35,529 nt of DNA from Gammaproteobacteria bacterium (GCA_026197015.1 JAPHRB010000067.1:1-35529), one strand, 5' to 3'. Positions 18,045 through 27,793 are shown, counted from the first letter of the stretch. Numbers and translations: made by a program. The notes: generated by a model from the letters alone, not told the origin.

Positions 18045-19394
18045 CTAGGTGTAGATCGGTTCTTCAATATAACGTGCAATTAAACCCACTTCTGCCATCT
18101 CTTCAGGTAATGGAATACGTATTTTATAACCGCCACCTTTTGCTTCCTGCATGGGTTTTCCATGCATGTCCTGCATACTGTTGAGTATGATGTCTTCATT
18201 CCCTGAAGGTTTAACCAGTTCCAGTTTGTCACCGACTGTTATTTTGTTTTTCACATCTATATCAGCCATTCCGGTTTCTTTGTTATAAGCTATGACTTCG
18301 CCTACAAACTGTTGCTGTCGGTTAACCGAGTTTCCCTGCATATAGTTCTGGTATTCATGGGTATGGTGGCGTTGATAAAAACCATCTGTATAACCTCTAT
18401 TGGCTAAATTTTCGAGCACACCTAATAACTCTGGATTAAATTCCTTGCCTTTTGTGGCATCCAGAATAGCTTCTTTATAACTTTGCGCTGTTCGTGCTAC
18501 ATAATAATGTGATTTTGTTCGGCCTTCTATTTTTAAACTATCTATACCAATATCAACCAGTTGTTTTACATGCTCTACTGCACGTAAGTCTTTAGAGTTC
18601 ATAATATATGTGCCGTGTTCATCTTCCTCAATCGGCATTAACTCACCTGGCCGATTGGCTTCTTCTAAAAACATAACATCATCGGCTTGCGGGTTACGGG
18701 CATCACCCATATCAGAAAATTTAACGGTTTGTTGGGTTATTTCTTTTGTTTTATAAACGCCTTCCGCATTTTTTTCAGCAGGTGTGGACTTATAATCCCA
18801 GCGACAGGCATTAGTGCAGGTGCCCTGATTCGGGTCTCGATGATTAAAATATCCAGAGAGTAAACAGCGGCCTGAATAGGCAATACATAATGCGCCGTGC
18901 ACAAAAACCTCTAACTCCATATCAGGGCATTCCTGCCTAATCTCTTTTATTTCATCCAGAGATAACTCACGTGATAAAATCACCCTTTCTATACCGATAG
19001 ATTTCCAGAACTTTACGGCCGCATAATTGACGGTATTCGCCTGTACAGATAAATGCACCGGCATTTCAGGCCAGCGTTCTCTTACCATCATAATTAAACC
19101 GGGGTCTGCCATTATTAATGCGTCTGGTCCCATTTCAATAATCGGGGCCATATCTTTGATATAAGATTTTATTTTGCTGTTATGGGGCATTAAATTTGAA
19201 GTCAGGTAAAACTTTTTACCCAGCTCATGGGCTTCTTTAATGCCTATTGCCAGATTTTCATCCATAAAATCGTTATTTCGTACACGTAGGCTGTAGCGAG
19301 GTTGTCCCGCATAAACCGCGTCTGCGCCATAAGCAAATGCATAACGCATATTTTTAAGCGTGCCGGCTGGAGAAAGTAATTCAGTCTGTTTCAT
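18045..19394 (-). CDS. yegQ: U32-family peptidase, YegQ/TrhP-type (tRNA hydroxylation-associated)
   Basis: LLSPAGTLKNMRYAFAYGADAVYAGQPRYSLRVRNN, VHGALCIAYSGRCLLSGY and DPNQGTCTNACRW closely match my recollection of E. coli YegQ. Confidence 0.88.
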   Translation of the reverse strand: MKQTELLSPAGTLKNMRYAFAYGADAVYAGQPRYSLRVRNNDFMDENLAIGIKEAHELGKKFYLTSNLMPHNSKIKSYIKDMAPIIEMGPDALIMADPGLIMMVRERWPEMPVHLSVQANTVNYAAVKFWKSIGIERVILSRELSLDEIKEIRQECPDMELEVFVHGALCIAYSGRCLLSGYFNHRDPNQGTCTNACRWDYKSTPAEKNAEGVYKTKEITQQTVKFSDMGDARNPQADDVMFLEEANRPGELMPIEEDEHGTYIMNSKDLRAVEHVKQLVDIGIDSLKIEGRTKSHYYVARTAQSYKEAILDATKGKEFNPELLGVLENLANRGYTDGFYQRHHTHEYQNYMQGNSVNRQQQFVGEVIAYNKETGMADIDVKNKITVGDKLELVKPSGNEDIILNSMQDMHGKPMQEAKGGGYKIRIPLPEEMAEVGLIARYIEEPIYT

Positions 19395-19477
19395 AATTAA
19401 TTAAACTTGATATAAAGTCAGTACAAATATTAATGGCTATTTTACCTTAATTTGAGATCCTGGGTTACACTGAAAAT

Positions 19478-20551
19478 ATGAGTGAATTTATTCAACAACT
19501 TGCGCAAAATGTCTGGGCCGTTTATCTGGATACGGCAATCTGGTTGCTGGCAGGTTTAATGGCTGCTGGTCTGGTAAAGGTCTATATCCCGGAGGATGCG
19601 ATGAAAAGATGGCTAGGGGGCAAGGGCTTTTCAGCGGTGGGTCGAGCGGCTTTATTTGGTGCGCCCGTACCTCTTTGTTCCTGTAGTGTGTTACCTGCGG
19701 CTATTGGTTTGCATCGTGCTGGTGCCTCAAAAGAAGCCACCGTATCTTTTTTAATATCTACCCCCGAAACCAGTATAGATTCGGTGGCGGTTACATATGC
19801 ATTAATGGGCCCGGTAATGGCCGTGTACAGGCCTGTTTCTGCACTGCTGAGTGCAATTGTCACCGGTATGATGGTGGCTTTCGTAAACGATAAAACGATT
19901 GGCTCTGAAGCTGAAATTGCTGCAGACCGCCCGCCCAGTTGCTGTAGTAGTGAAACTGAAAAAACAGCCTGTTGTGATTCGGTTAATAAAAAGTTTAATA
20001 ATAAGCTGTCCCGGGCATTACATTATGCGGCTACGGATTTGCTTGATGATATATCTAAATGGATGGCTTTCGGAATCGTATTTGCTGGTCTGATGATGAC
20101 ACTTATCCCTGATGGCTGGTTAGCTCAGTGGGGGCAGGGGTTAGGCGCGATGCTGGTTATGCTGCTTGTTGGTATACCTATGTATATTTGTGCGGTTGCT
20201 TCAACACCGGTCGCCGCCGGATTATTAATAGCCGGGGTTTCTCCCGGAGCGGTACTGGTTTTTTTACTGGTGGGGCCCGCTACCAATATTGCAGGTATAA
20301 TATTAGTTAACAAGGAGTTAGGCCGCCGGGTGACATTAGTATATTTAACGGGTATTTCTGTTGTTAGTGTACTGATGGGATTATTGCTGGAATGGATATT
20401 GGCACATTTTAATATGCAGATTGATAGCAGTCAGTTGCAACAGCATCATTTTGTGAATGAGTATATAACGTTGGTAGGTGCTCTGGTTTTGTTAGTGTTA
20501 TCTGTGCCGCGGATAAGAAACAGCTTAATACCCTTTTTCTCAAAAGTTTGA
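19478..20551 (+). CDS. Permease family protein (PF03773/DUF318-type, putative metal efflux)
   Basis: Polytopic, with a PLCSCSVLPAA motif, a central Cys-rich loop PSCCSSETEKTACCDS and a VGPATNIA motif. Confidence 0.7.
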   Translation: MSEFIQQLAQNVWAVYLDTAIWLLAGLMAAGLVKVYIPEDAMKRWLGGKGFSAVGRAALFGAPVPLCSCSVLPAAIGLHRAGASKEATVSFLISTPETSIDSVAVTYALMGPVMAVYRPVSALLSAIVTGMMVAFVNDKTIGSEAEIAADRPPSCCSSETEKTACCDSVNKKFNNKLSRALHYAATDLLDDISKWMAFGIVFAGLMMTLIPDGWLAQWGQGLGAMLVMLLVGIPMYICAVASTPVAAGLLIAGVSPGAVLVFLLVGPATNIAGIILVNKELGRRVTLVYLTGISVVSVLMGLLLEWILAHFNMQIDSSQLQQHHFVNEYITLVGALVLLVLSVPRIRNSLIPFFSKV

Positions 20552-20635
20552 ATTTCATCTGGCTAGAATATTATTTAAGCGCTTTACAAGTGTTTATTAG
20601 CTGGTATAAATAGAGTTATAAAATTTGAGGCATAT

Positions 20636-21046
20636 ATGACTAAGCTTAGAGCTCCGAAAAAAATTACACTTAGAAACAGTCGGCTGGTATTGCTGGCCTC
20701 TTTAATTTCAATTTTTGTTTTTACACCGATGGTTTCTGCAGAAGGAGTATTCGAAGATAAAAAGAAAGAGAAACATGAACTCAGTGGTGCAAACCTTAAT
20801 CGTATAAAGGCTGAACATCAGCTTAAATTTGGTCGGTCGACAAATGTATCATCGTCATATAAATCTAATAATCCCTGGGATAAGAAAAAAAAGAAAGCAA
20901 GTTCTCCAGTAAATAAAGCAAGCTGGGGTGAATGCAGAGAATACGCCTTACACAAACGTAATCGCTGTTATCGTGAAGGACGTGATGCTTATCGTTGTGA
21001 GCAAATGTACGAAGCCCGTTCAGGGCTTTGTGATAAAGAGTTATAA
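20636..21046 (+). CDS. Hypothetical secreted basic protein with a C-terminal four-Cys motif
   Basis: Signal peptide LVLLASLISIFVFTPMVSA/EG. Lys-rich mature part. Four C-terminal Cys: C-x10-C-x9-C-x10-C. TGAGG Shine-Dalgarno. No family recognised. Confidence 0.6.
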   Translation: MTKLRAPKKITLRNSRLVLLASLISIFVFTPMVSAEGVFEDKKKEKHELSGANLNRIKAEHQLKFGRSTNVSSSYKSNNPWDKKKKKASSPVNKASWGECREYALHKRNRCYREGRDAYRCEQMYEARSGLCDKEL

Positions 21047-21062
21047 ATATTTAACAGGTAAT

Positions 21063-21662
21063 TTACATGGCCTGTCTTATTAGATACTGAGATAACTCCA
21101 GGGCATTAGATTGTTCTTCTGTTAACTCGTTGTCTTTCTCGGTTATCGCCGTGTTTTCTTTACTAAGTAAGGTTTCTAATACAGCTGATAAAGCGTGTAT
21201 TCTTTCCTGTGCAATAATCATTTCAAGCATACGGCAATAAGGTTTTATTAAGTCTATGAAGTGCACCGTATCAAGCAGTTTTAAACTGCGGTGCTCATCT
21301 TTTTCAGATGTATAAAACAGCGCTAGATTCGGGTCGCATTTATAAGCAGCAACTTGAAGATCCGCTAGTTCCATTTTTGTTTGCTGTAGACAGCTGAGTA
21401 AGCTGTTAAGGCAGGATTCAATTTCCATGCGTTCGTTATAACTAGTGCGTTGAATAAACTGGTTTCTGTTGGCGGTGATTGTGAGAAACTGTATGGCCAG
21501 GGTATCAATAGCATTTACTAATGATTTTACTGTGTATTCCTGTTCTGAGCCAAGGGTAAGACTGGTGTTGAAACCGAGCTGTTGAAGTTTTATCAAGAGG
21601 GAGTTGTTCACTGTTTTTAGTCCTACCAACAGCGAATTTATTGATGTTATGGACTTTGCCAT
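21063..21662 (-). CDS. Hypothetical cytoplasmic all-helical protein (199 aa)
   Basis: Long ORF with a GAAGGA Shine-Dalgarno. Leu/Gln/Glu-rich heptad-like sequence. No family recognised. Confidence 0.55.
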   Translation of the reverse strand: MAKSITSINSLLVGLKTVNNSLLIKLQQLGFNTSLTLGSEQEYTVKSLVNAIDTLAIQFLTITANRNQFIQRTSYNERMEIESCLNSLLSCLQQTKMELADLQVAAYKCDPNLALFYTSEKDEHRSLKLLDTVHFIDLIKPYCRMLEMIIAQERIHALSAVLETLLSKENTAITEKDNELTEEQSNALELSQYLIRQAM

Positions 21663-21770
21663 TTTAAATATTGATCCTTCAGTTATTACTTTATTATATT
21701 AATTATTTTGTACTGTGTTCTGAAGCCTGTCTTTAATCATTTTGATGACTGCATTCCTGCAGAGCTTCTT

Positions 21771-21917
21771 CCATCCACATTGTGGATAACTTAACTTAAC
21801 CTGACTTCCGTGTTGTGCTTAAATCAACAAATCTACTATATATTGTGGATATTTAAGGGTCAATAACTATCTGCTGTGGATAAGCCTGTTAGAAAAAACG
21901 GTATAAACTGTGGATAA
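21771..21917. promoter_or_regulatory. Cluster of five DnaA-box-like 9-mers
   Basis: TGTGGATAA at 21781-21789, 21875-21883 and 21909-21917 is the exact reverse complement of TTATCCACA. TGTGGATAT at 21844-21852 matches 8/9. The inverted CCATCCACA at 21771-21779 matches 7/9. Confidence 0.7.
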
Positions 21918-22037
21918 CTCTGTGATTAGCCCATTGATAGAGGCTTGTAGGGCTGTCTAAAAAACAACCTAAAGCTTGAACCAGTTCAAATTTCTGACCA
22001 GCGGTAGTATGAATGTATAGTGAAATATATTGCGTAA

Positions 22038-22457
22038 TTAATTATGCAGTGCGAGCAGGTAAACCGCGTAACCTGAGCCGCCAAACTGGCAAAGATGAAT
22101 CAGATTTTGCAGGCTGCTTAAAGACCTGTAGGCTCTATTGTTGATAACCTGAAAGTCTTCATTACAGGATTTTATAATGCCTTTTAATATATGAGAGTGA
22201 TTAAATACATAACTTACCGTGAGGATGGTTAACATAAAAGACGCGCTTTGATTTTTTATCAGCGCAGCACAGATTCCAGCGAGTAAACATAATACGGAAT
22301 TAAGGCGATATAAACGACGATAAATAAATAAACTGTTATCCAGGTTTTTCTGGTTTTTTATAAAGGTGTTGTAGAGTAGTGTGACGAGTAAAAAGCTACC
22401 CATGGTAGCGCCGGCGAAAGTAGCGGCTATTAATGCGAATAGATTATATATATCCAT
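22038..22457 (-). CDS. Hypothetical small four-helix membrane protein (possibly DUF4149-like)
   Basis: Four hydrophobic segments in 139 aa. The family assignment is only an impression. Confidence 0.5.
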   Translation of the reverse strand: MDIYNLFALIAATFAGATMGSFLLVTLLYNTFIKNQKNLDNSLFIYRRLYRLNSVLCLLAGICAALIKNQSASFMLTILTVSYVFNHSHILKGIIKSCNEDFQVINNRAYRSLSSLQNLIHLCQFGGSGYAVYLLALHN

Positions 22458-22534
22458 TATCAGAGTGTATCACTGTTTGTGATTTGTGTGACTGGAGTGG
22501 TAATTAAATTGAGGGTTATGGTTATTCTAATTAC

Positions 22535-22570
22535 AGGAAAAACTACCGGGAAAATATTTTCCCGGTAGTT
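22535..22570 (-). terminator. Rho-independent terminator of the yeeE-like gene
   Basis: Perfect palindrome AACTACCGGGAAAAT/ATTTTCCCGGTAGTT (22541-22570), followed on the minus strand by a short UUU run (TTTCCTG). Confidence 0.7.
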
Positions 22571-22581
22571 AGTGTAATAAG

Positions 22582-23784
22582 TTACAGGTTCTCAAGTGTT
22601 CGCAGTTTAGAAGGCAATAGTTTTAGGTCGACTAAAGAGCTGGTAAGCGCTTTGATAAATGTGGCCTCATCTTCATGCAACATTTTGTAATATTGTATTT
22701 TCATGGTTAGCGCACTACCGAAAACAATAGACACAAGAGCCAGCATAGAACCTATAGATAAAGTAGATACACCGGTTATACCCTGGCCAATTGTGCAACC
22801 CATTGCTAGTACGCCGCCTATGCCCATTAGTGTGGCACCAATTAGATGTTGTAATGCATCGCCAACTGATGAGAACCACTCCAGGCGAAAACTTCTGCTG
22901 ATAACAGCGTAAACAAAAGAGCCTGCAATGACGCCTGCCAGGGCTGCCATACCAAAACTAATTAACAGGGTATTCGTTGGTGACATTGCATAGAAAAATG
23001 TTTCACCCATAGGGTTAATAAAAGTAAATGACTGGGTTGCAACACCTATTGGAATTTCATCAAGGAACTCAGCGGTCTCTTTCCATTCATCACCCATGGA
23101 ACCGCCGGTGAAATACCAGGCCGCAGCAACTGCGCCACCGACAACTAAACCGCTAATAATATTTTCATGCTGTTTTCTGAATTCAGCAGATTTAAAAATA
23201 ATAACAACCAGAAGTGTCGCAAAAATTGCCCCAATGAAACTACGGCTTAAACCAACTTCTTCGCCTGTTATGGCGGCTGCCAGTGACCCCAGGTCCTGAG
23301 CGTTAACATTATATGAGCCAAGATCAATCGTCGTCGCAACCACCCATGGATGGAATAGAACTTCATAAAAAGCAGTTTTTGACATGAAGTAAGCAAACAT
23401 ACCGGCAACAATAAGTACAAAGACTGATTTTACATTACCGCCGCCAATGCGAATCAGTGTTTTATTTCCACAGCCAGAAGCCAGGGTCATACCAATGCCA
23501 AAAAGCATACCGCCTACAATGAAGCGTAACCAGGCAAAACCTTGAGCGCGATAGGGAGGAAGGGTTGAATCAACACTGGCTAAACCAGTGCCTTCGAGTA
23601 TTAGTACGCCAATCAATGCCACTGCAATAGCCAGCATCCATGCGCGAAAACGGTTTTTATCACCCATATTGACCCAGTCTGAAACTGCGCCCATTGTGCA
23701 AAAATTGGTTTTATTGACAACTGCTCCCATTACAAAGGCAATGCCAAATGCAATAAGTAACATATAAGTGGTAATTTCCATCAT
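22582..23784 (-). CDS. YeeE/YedE-family sulfur (thiosulfate) transport protein
   Basis: Has the characteristic NFCTMGAV, ASGCGNKT and AMGCTIGQG Cys motifs. Polytopic, 400 aa. Confidence 0.85.
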   Translation of the reverse strand: MMEITTYMLLIAFGIAFVMGAVVNKTNFCTMGAVSDWVNMGDKNRFRAWMLAIAVALIGVLILEGTGLASVDSTLPPYRAQGFAWLRFIVGGMLFGIGMTLASGCGNKTLIRIGGGNVKSVFVLIVAGMFAYFMSKTAFYEVLFHPWVVATTIDLGSYNVNAQDLGSLAAAITGEEVGLSRSFIGAIFATLLVVIIFKSAEFRKQHENIISGLVVGGAVAAAWYFTGGSMGDEWKETAEFLDEIPIGVATQSFTFINPMGETFFYAMSPTNTLLISFGMAALAGVIAGSFVYAVISRSFRLEWFSSVGDALQHLIGATLMGIGGVLAMGCTIGQGITGVSTLSIGSMLALVSIVFGSALTMKIQYYKMLHEDEATFIKALTSSLVDLKLLPSKLRTLENL

Positions 23785-24099
23785 CTTTCCTCATTAATAA
23801 ATGCCGGGAATGGCCTGGGCAAATACGCTTGGATAGTGCATAACTATCAATATAAAATTTAGAGTAAACCCTGCTGATGATAGATTAAACAGGCCATTAT
23901 CTGCTCTGTCTATACCTCAAATAATACGAGGTTTATAAAATAAGAAACAGGCCAATCTATGTTGACTCAGTGTAGGTGACGAATGATACCTGTAATAAAT
24001 ACTTTATTGCAAGTATCTGACACCGCACTTTATCTGATTTAAGCAACAAAACATAAGTCAATACTAATATTATGGTAATTTTGCTTCACAGGATAGAAA

Positions 24100-24708
24100 T
24101 CAAATATTATCTATATTTGACTGAGTATTATAAGGCGTTTGTGCAACAGCGGTAACGATATAACGCTGAGACCCACCTGTTGTGATTGAATCAAAAGGGT
24201 AACAGGTAACAAGGTGAATATATGCGCTGGATTGATCATCTATAAAACGTGCGTCATCCATATCGACTATTCGTGTAGAAATAACTTTAAATAATTTACT
24301 CTCTTCCTGTGCGGTTTCTATAAAAATACTGTCATCGATTTTTAGATTTTTTAAAAAATTAAAATGCGTATCACGGTGTGCACTAATCAAACTGTTGCCA
24401 TTTTTTCCTGGAATAGCAGAAGCAAAATTATGTCCTGGCCCGAATGCTAAGGTTCGTCCACTATCACCGGCTAAAACAATTAAATCAATATCGAGTCTGG
24501 GTGCTTTTAGTCGTGCAACAGGCCAGGTATCGGCCCAGGGCCAGGGTTTGCTCTGTGGCTTGCCCTGTTTGACGTTGACCCAGGCCTGTTCAAGTAAATT
24601 TTGGGCAAGCAGAGCTTTCGCGTGTATATAAGAACCCTGGCCGATAAACCAGCAGCCAGGAATAAATAAAAATACAATAATATAAGGTTTTTTATATTTT
24701 ATATTCAT
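24100..24708 (-). CDS. Class GN (marine proteobacterial type) sortase
   Basis: N-terminal anchor, catalytic His (ISAHRDTHF), Cys (LVTCYPF) and Arg (SQRYIV). The ATG overlaps the upstream stop (ATGA). Confidence 0.88.
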   Translation of the reverse strand: MNIKYKKPYIIVFLFIPGCWFIGQGSYIHAKALLAQNLLEQAWVNVKQGKPQSKPWPWADTWPVARLKAPRLDIDLIVLAGDSGRTLAFGPGHNFASAIPGKNGNSLISAHRDTHFNFLKNLKIDDSIFIETAQEESKLFKVISTRIVDMDDARFIDDQSSAYIHLVTCYPFDSITTGGSQRYIVTAVAQTPYNTQSNIDNI

Positions 24709-26909
24709 AGTGACTGAGGCTCATGATTAGTTTGATGTGAGGTTTCTAATTCAGAACCGCGTAATAAAACAGTCAGCGCTAAGCCCAACATTAATAATGT
24801 AAAACCGCATATGATATTTAATTCAGCTGAGGTGGCGGTTTGAGCTAGTTGTCCAAATATTTTTTGTGGGTTTTGTCCGTGCGGAAGGTTCACGGGCATA
24901 GAACGTTTATCAAGTTTAGCTTCGTTTGGTCGTGAGGGCGTTTTATCAACAGCGACAAGACTAGTGTGTTTGCTCACCAGATGGTGATTAAGTGCAACAT
25001 CAATAATATCAGTGCGCACCTGTTCTTTATCAGCGCCCTCGTGGATGCTATCCATCAAAGCGCTAATTTTTTTACGCGCCCAGAATGTAGCAATGCCTTT
25101 GCTTGATCTATTAATGTTTAAATTTAATTTGGCTGACCACGGCGCCAGGGCACGTGAGCCCGTTATATTGATATAAGATAATGGTTTAGCGGATTTTATG
25201 GCCAGAATAAGGGGCTCTCCCTGGTATAAGTCAGGAATACGTTGCGGCCATATTTCAGCAGTTTGGGAGCCGTCAAAACTTAACTTAATATCAGTCATTA
25301 ACGGGCTTTCAAGTTTGCTGAATAAAGCAGACATTTTCTCATTAACTTCATTAACATTGCTGATATATGTATAACTACCGCGGCCAAATTGCGCAGCTTT
25401 ACGCATAAAATAGCTGTTGGGAGCTGAACCGATACCAATCGTAAATAAACGACGGTCAGCTAAATTATTGTGAATAATGTCGAATAAATCTGCTTCATTT
25501 CCTACGCTGCCATCAGTGATGAAAATCACCTGCTGTACAGTGTTGTCTTCTGATTTGCCTTTGAGTGCTAAATTCAGGGCAGGGGCCATTTCGGTACCAC
25601 CATCGGCACTAAGTTGATTTACATATTTTTTTGCGATTAAAATATTCTCAAAGCTAGCGATTTGAGAATCAGAAAAAACCTGCTCCGTTATTGAGTTAAA
25701 CTGAATAATATTAAACTTGTCATGTAAACGAAGCCTGTCTAAAGCCATAAGTAAAGAAGCCCTGGCCTGTTGCATAGACGTTCCATGCATAGAGCCTGAA
25801 GTATCAATAATATAGGTAACGTCACGTGCTAAAGGTTGACCGTTATAAGCACCGTTATCTGGGGGCATAAGCATTAACATCTGGTAGTTTTCAGATTTTA
25901 AAGTTTCATTAAAAACCGCAGCTTTAGGAATGTGATTAAGTTGAGGCGTCCAGACAAGTTCAAAGTCTCGATCTGAGGGAGTAATACCGTCAGCCAGTTT
26001 TATATGATAGGTATTATTTACCTGTTGTTTGATAATATTATGATATCTACTCGTTAAATTCTGTAATGGAAATCCAGCATTTAATTTAATATTAATTGAC
26101 ACGGGGTTAATTAATGAATTGCTCAAATTTACGTGAGGTGTAATTCGATTTGCATCAATAACTTCATGCGTGTTTTTTGCCCATCCCGAATTTGTAAGTG
26201 AAATTGATTCATTTATAACTTTGCCAGGAATATATCGTGGAGTAATTGCCATGGGAAACCGTAAACTAAAACTGCCCTGGTCGTAATGCAGGGTTTGCTG
26301 GTATTCAATTTCTATACTTATACTTTCTCCAGGAGCAATATTAGCAACCGTATTAGTGAAAAGGTTTGGTCTTTCCTGCTCAACTAATGCTGATTTTTTA
26401 CCATCTCGTTTAGCTTCGTTATAAATTCTTTTTGCTTCCGCTTTTTCCTTTATCATACCTTCAATTACACGTTCACCAATTAACATGCGCATGTGATCTA
26501 CCGCGGCCATTTCAGGTAAAGGGAAAACATATACCGCCTCAACCCAGTTATTGCTGGTGTTTTTAAACTGTTGTTTAATATGGCTGCGTACAATCATGCC
26601 GGATATGCTCATATCTACAAAAGTTTCTAATAAAGGTATTTGCTTGTACAAACCCGAGTTGGCGTTTTTGATAAGCAGGCTGCCGTTACTAACATTATCA
26701 AGAGAAACCTGAGGGAAATTATCAGATGAAGAATCAGCTTTGACTATGTCACTCAATAACATTAAAAATAAAGTTATTACGCTAATTAAGATGAATATAA
26801 TCAGACGTTGTAACCAGATCATTAAATTAGATTTATGCGGTTTGTATTTGTCATGCAAATATTCACGACGAGGTCGGCGTTTAAATATGTTTTTATTTAA
26901 AGATAACAT
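24705..26909 (-). CDS. Proteobacterial sortase target protein: VIT domain, VWA domain, C-terminal sorting signal
   Basis: VIT-like segment (SISGMIVRSHIKQQF...YVFPLP). VWA MIDAS motif YIIDTSGSMHG. C-terminus is LAQTAT, a hydrophobic helix, then RG. GGAGA Shine-Dalgarno. Confidence 0.88.
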   Translation of the reverse strand: MLSLNKNIFKRRPRREYLHDKYKPHKSNLMIWLQRLIIFILISVITLFLMLLSDIVKADSSSDNFPQVSLDNVSNGSLLIKNANSGLYKQIPLLETFVDMSISGMIVRSHIKQQFKNTSNNWVEAVYVFPLPEMAAVDHMRMLIGERVIEGMIKEKAEAKRIYNEAKRDGKKSALVEQERPNLFTNTVANIAPGESISIEIEYQQTLHYDQGSFSLRFPMAITPRYIPGKVINESISLTNSGWAKNTHEVIDANRITPHVNLSNSLINPVSINIKLNAGFPLQNLTSRYHNIIKQQVNNTYHIKLADGITPSDRDFELVWTPQLNHIPKAAVFNETLKSENYQMLMLMPPDNGAYNGQPLARDVTYIIDTSGSMHGTSMQQARASLLMALDRLRLHDKFNIIQFNSITEQVFSDSQIASFENILIAKKYVNQLSADGGTEMAPALNLALKGKSEDNTVQQVIFITDGSVGNEADLFDIIHNNLADRRLFTIGIGSAPNSYFMRKAAQFGRGSYTYISNVNEVNEKMSALFSKLESPLMTDIKLSFDGSQTAEIWPQRIPDLYQGEPLILAIKSAKPLSYINITGSRALAPWSAKLNLNINRSSKGIATFWARKKISALMDSIHEGADKEQVRTDIIDVALNHHLVSKHTSLVAVDKTPSRPNEAKLDKRSMPVNLPHGQNPQKIFGQLAQTATSAELNIICGFTLLMLGLALTVLLRGSELETSHQTNHEPQSL

Positions 26910-27100
26910 TTAAGTCTCCTGTAGAGTGAAGGCGTCTTCTTGATAGTTATTAAGCCTTAGAAGAGTGGCTAATCAGAGTGGAGAAAATGGCAATTTAAAT
27001 ATGAAATGTGATGAATTATGGCAATATGAGTAAACACCTGAATAAGCGCAGGGTAATATGTTAGTGTAAGCAAAAAAGTTAATTAGTTAATGGGGGTGAA

Positions 27101-27793
27101 ATGTCACAGCATATAGCTATAGTAGAGGATGAGCCCTCTATCCGGGAAAATTATGCAGATGCATTTAAGCAGCAGGGCTACAGGGTTTCAATATATGGTA
27201 GCCGGAGCGAAGCAATTAAAGCGTTTGAGTCACGCTTGCCTGACCTGGCATTGTTGGATATAGGTCTGGAAGATGATGCAGAGGGTGGTTTTGAAGTTTG
27301 TCGTATATTACGTAATAAATCAGAAACTGTGCCCATTATTTTCTTAACAGCAAGAGATAGTGATCTGGACATAATATCAGGCTTGAGATTAGGAGCAGAT
27401 GATTACCTGACTAAGGATATAAGTTTGCCCAATCTGTGTGCAAGAGTAGCGGCTCTTTTCAGGCGTATAAATGCAATTACATCAAGCCCGGCAGAAGAAG
27501 ATATATTTGAGCGCGGTCCATTAACAATGGATATGAATAGATTCATTATTGACTGGAATCAGCAGCGAGTTGACCTGACACTTACTGAGTTATGGGTGGT
27601 GCACACATTAGCAAGGCATCCGGGGCATGTTAAAAATCGTGATCAATTAATGGAAGATGCGCGTATTGTTGTTGATGACGCGACAATTACTTCACATATC
27701 AAACGTATAAGAAATAAATTTTTAAAAGTAGATGCTAATTTTAACTGCATTGAAACAGTTTATGGTATGGGTTATCGCTGGCTTGAAAATTAA
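27101..27793 (+). CDS. OmpR/PhoB-family response regulator of the dedicated sortase system
   Basis: Receiver (IAIVEDEP, LALLDIGL, FLTARD, YLTKD) plus a winged-helix C-terminus (VYGMGYRW). GGGGGTGA Shine-Dalgarno. Confidence 0.88.
   Translation: MSQHIAIVEDEPSIRENYADAFKQQGYRVSIYGSRSEAIKAFESRLPDLALLDIGLEDDAEGGFEVCRILRNKSETVPIIFLTARDSDLDIISGLRLGADDYLTKDISLPNLCARVAALFRRINAITSSPAEEDIFERGPLTMDMNRFIIDWNQQRVDLTLTELWVVHTLARHPGHVKNRDQLMEDARIVVDDATITSHIKRIRNKFLKVDANFNCIETVYGMGYRWLEN

Noticed and set aside
21661-21917. Calling the DnaA-box cluster the chromosomal oriC outright.
   Set aside because: No dnaA, dnaN, mnmG, mioC or rpmH lies nearby. There is only one GATC, no repeated 13-mer in the AT-rich tract, and no visible gene-strand switch. 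I kept it as a finding with alternatives, not as an oriC feature.
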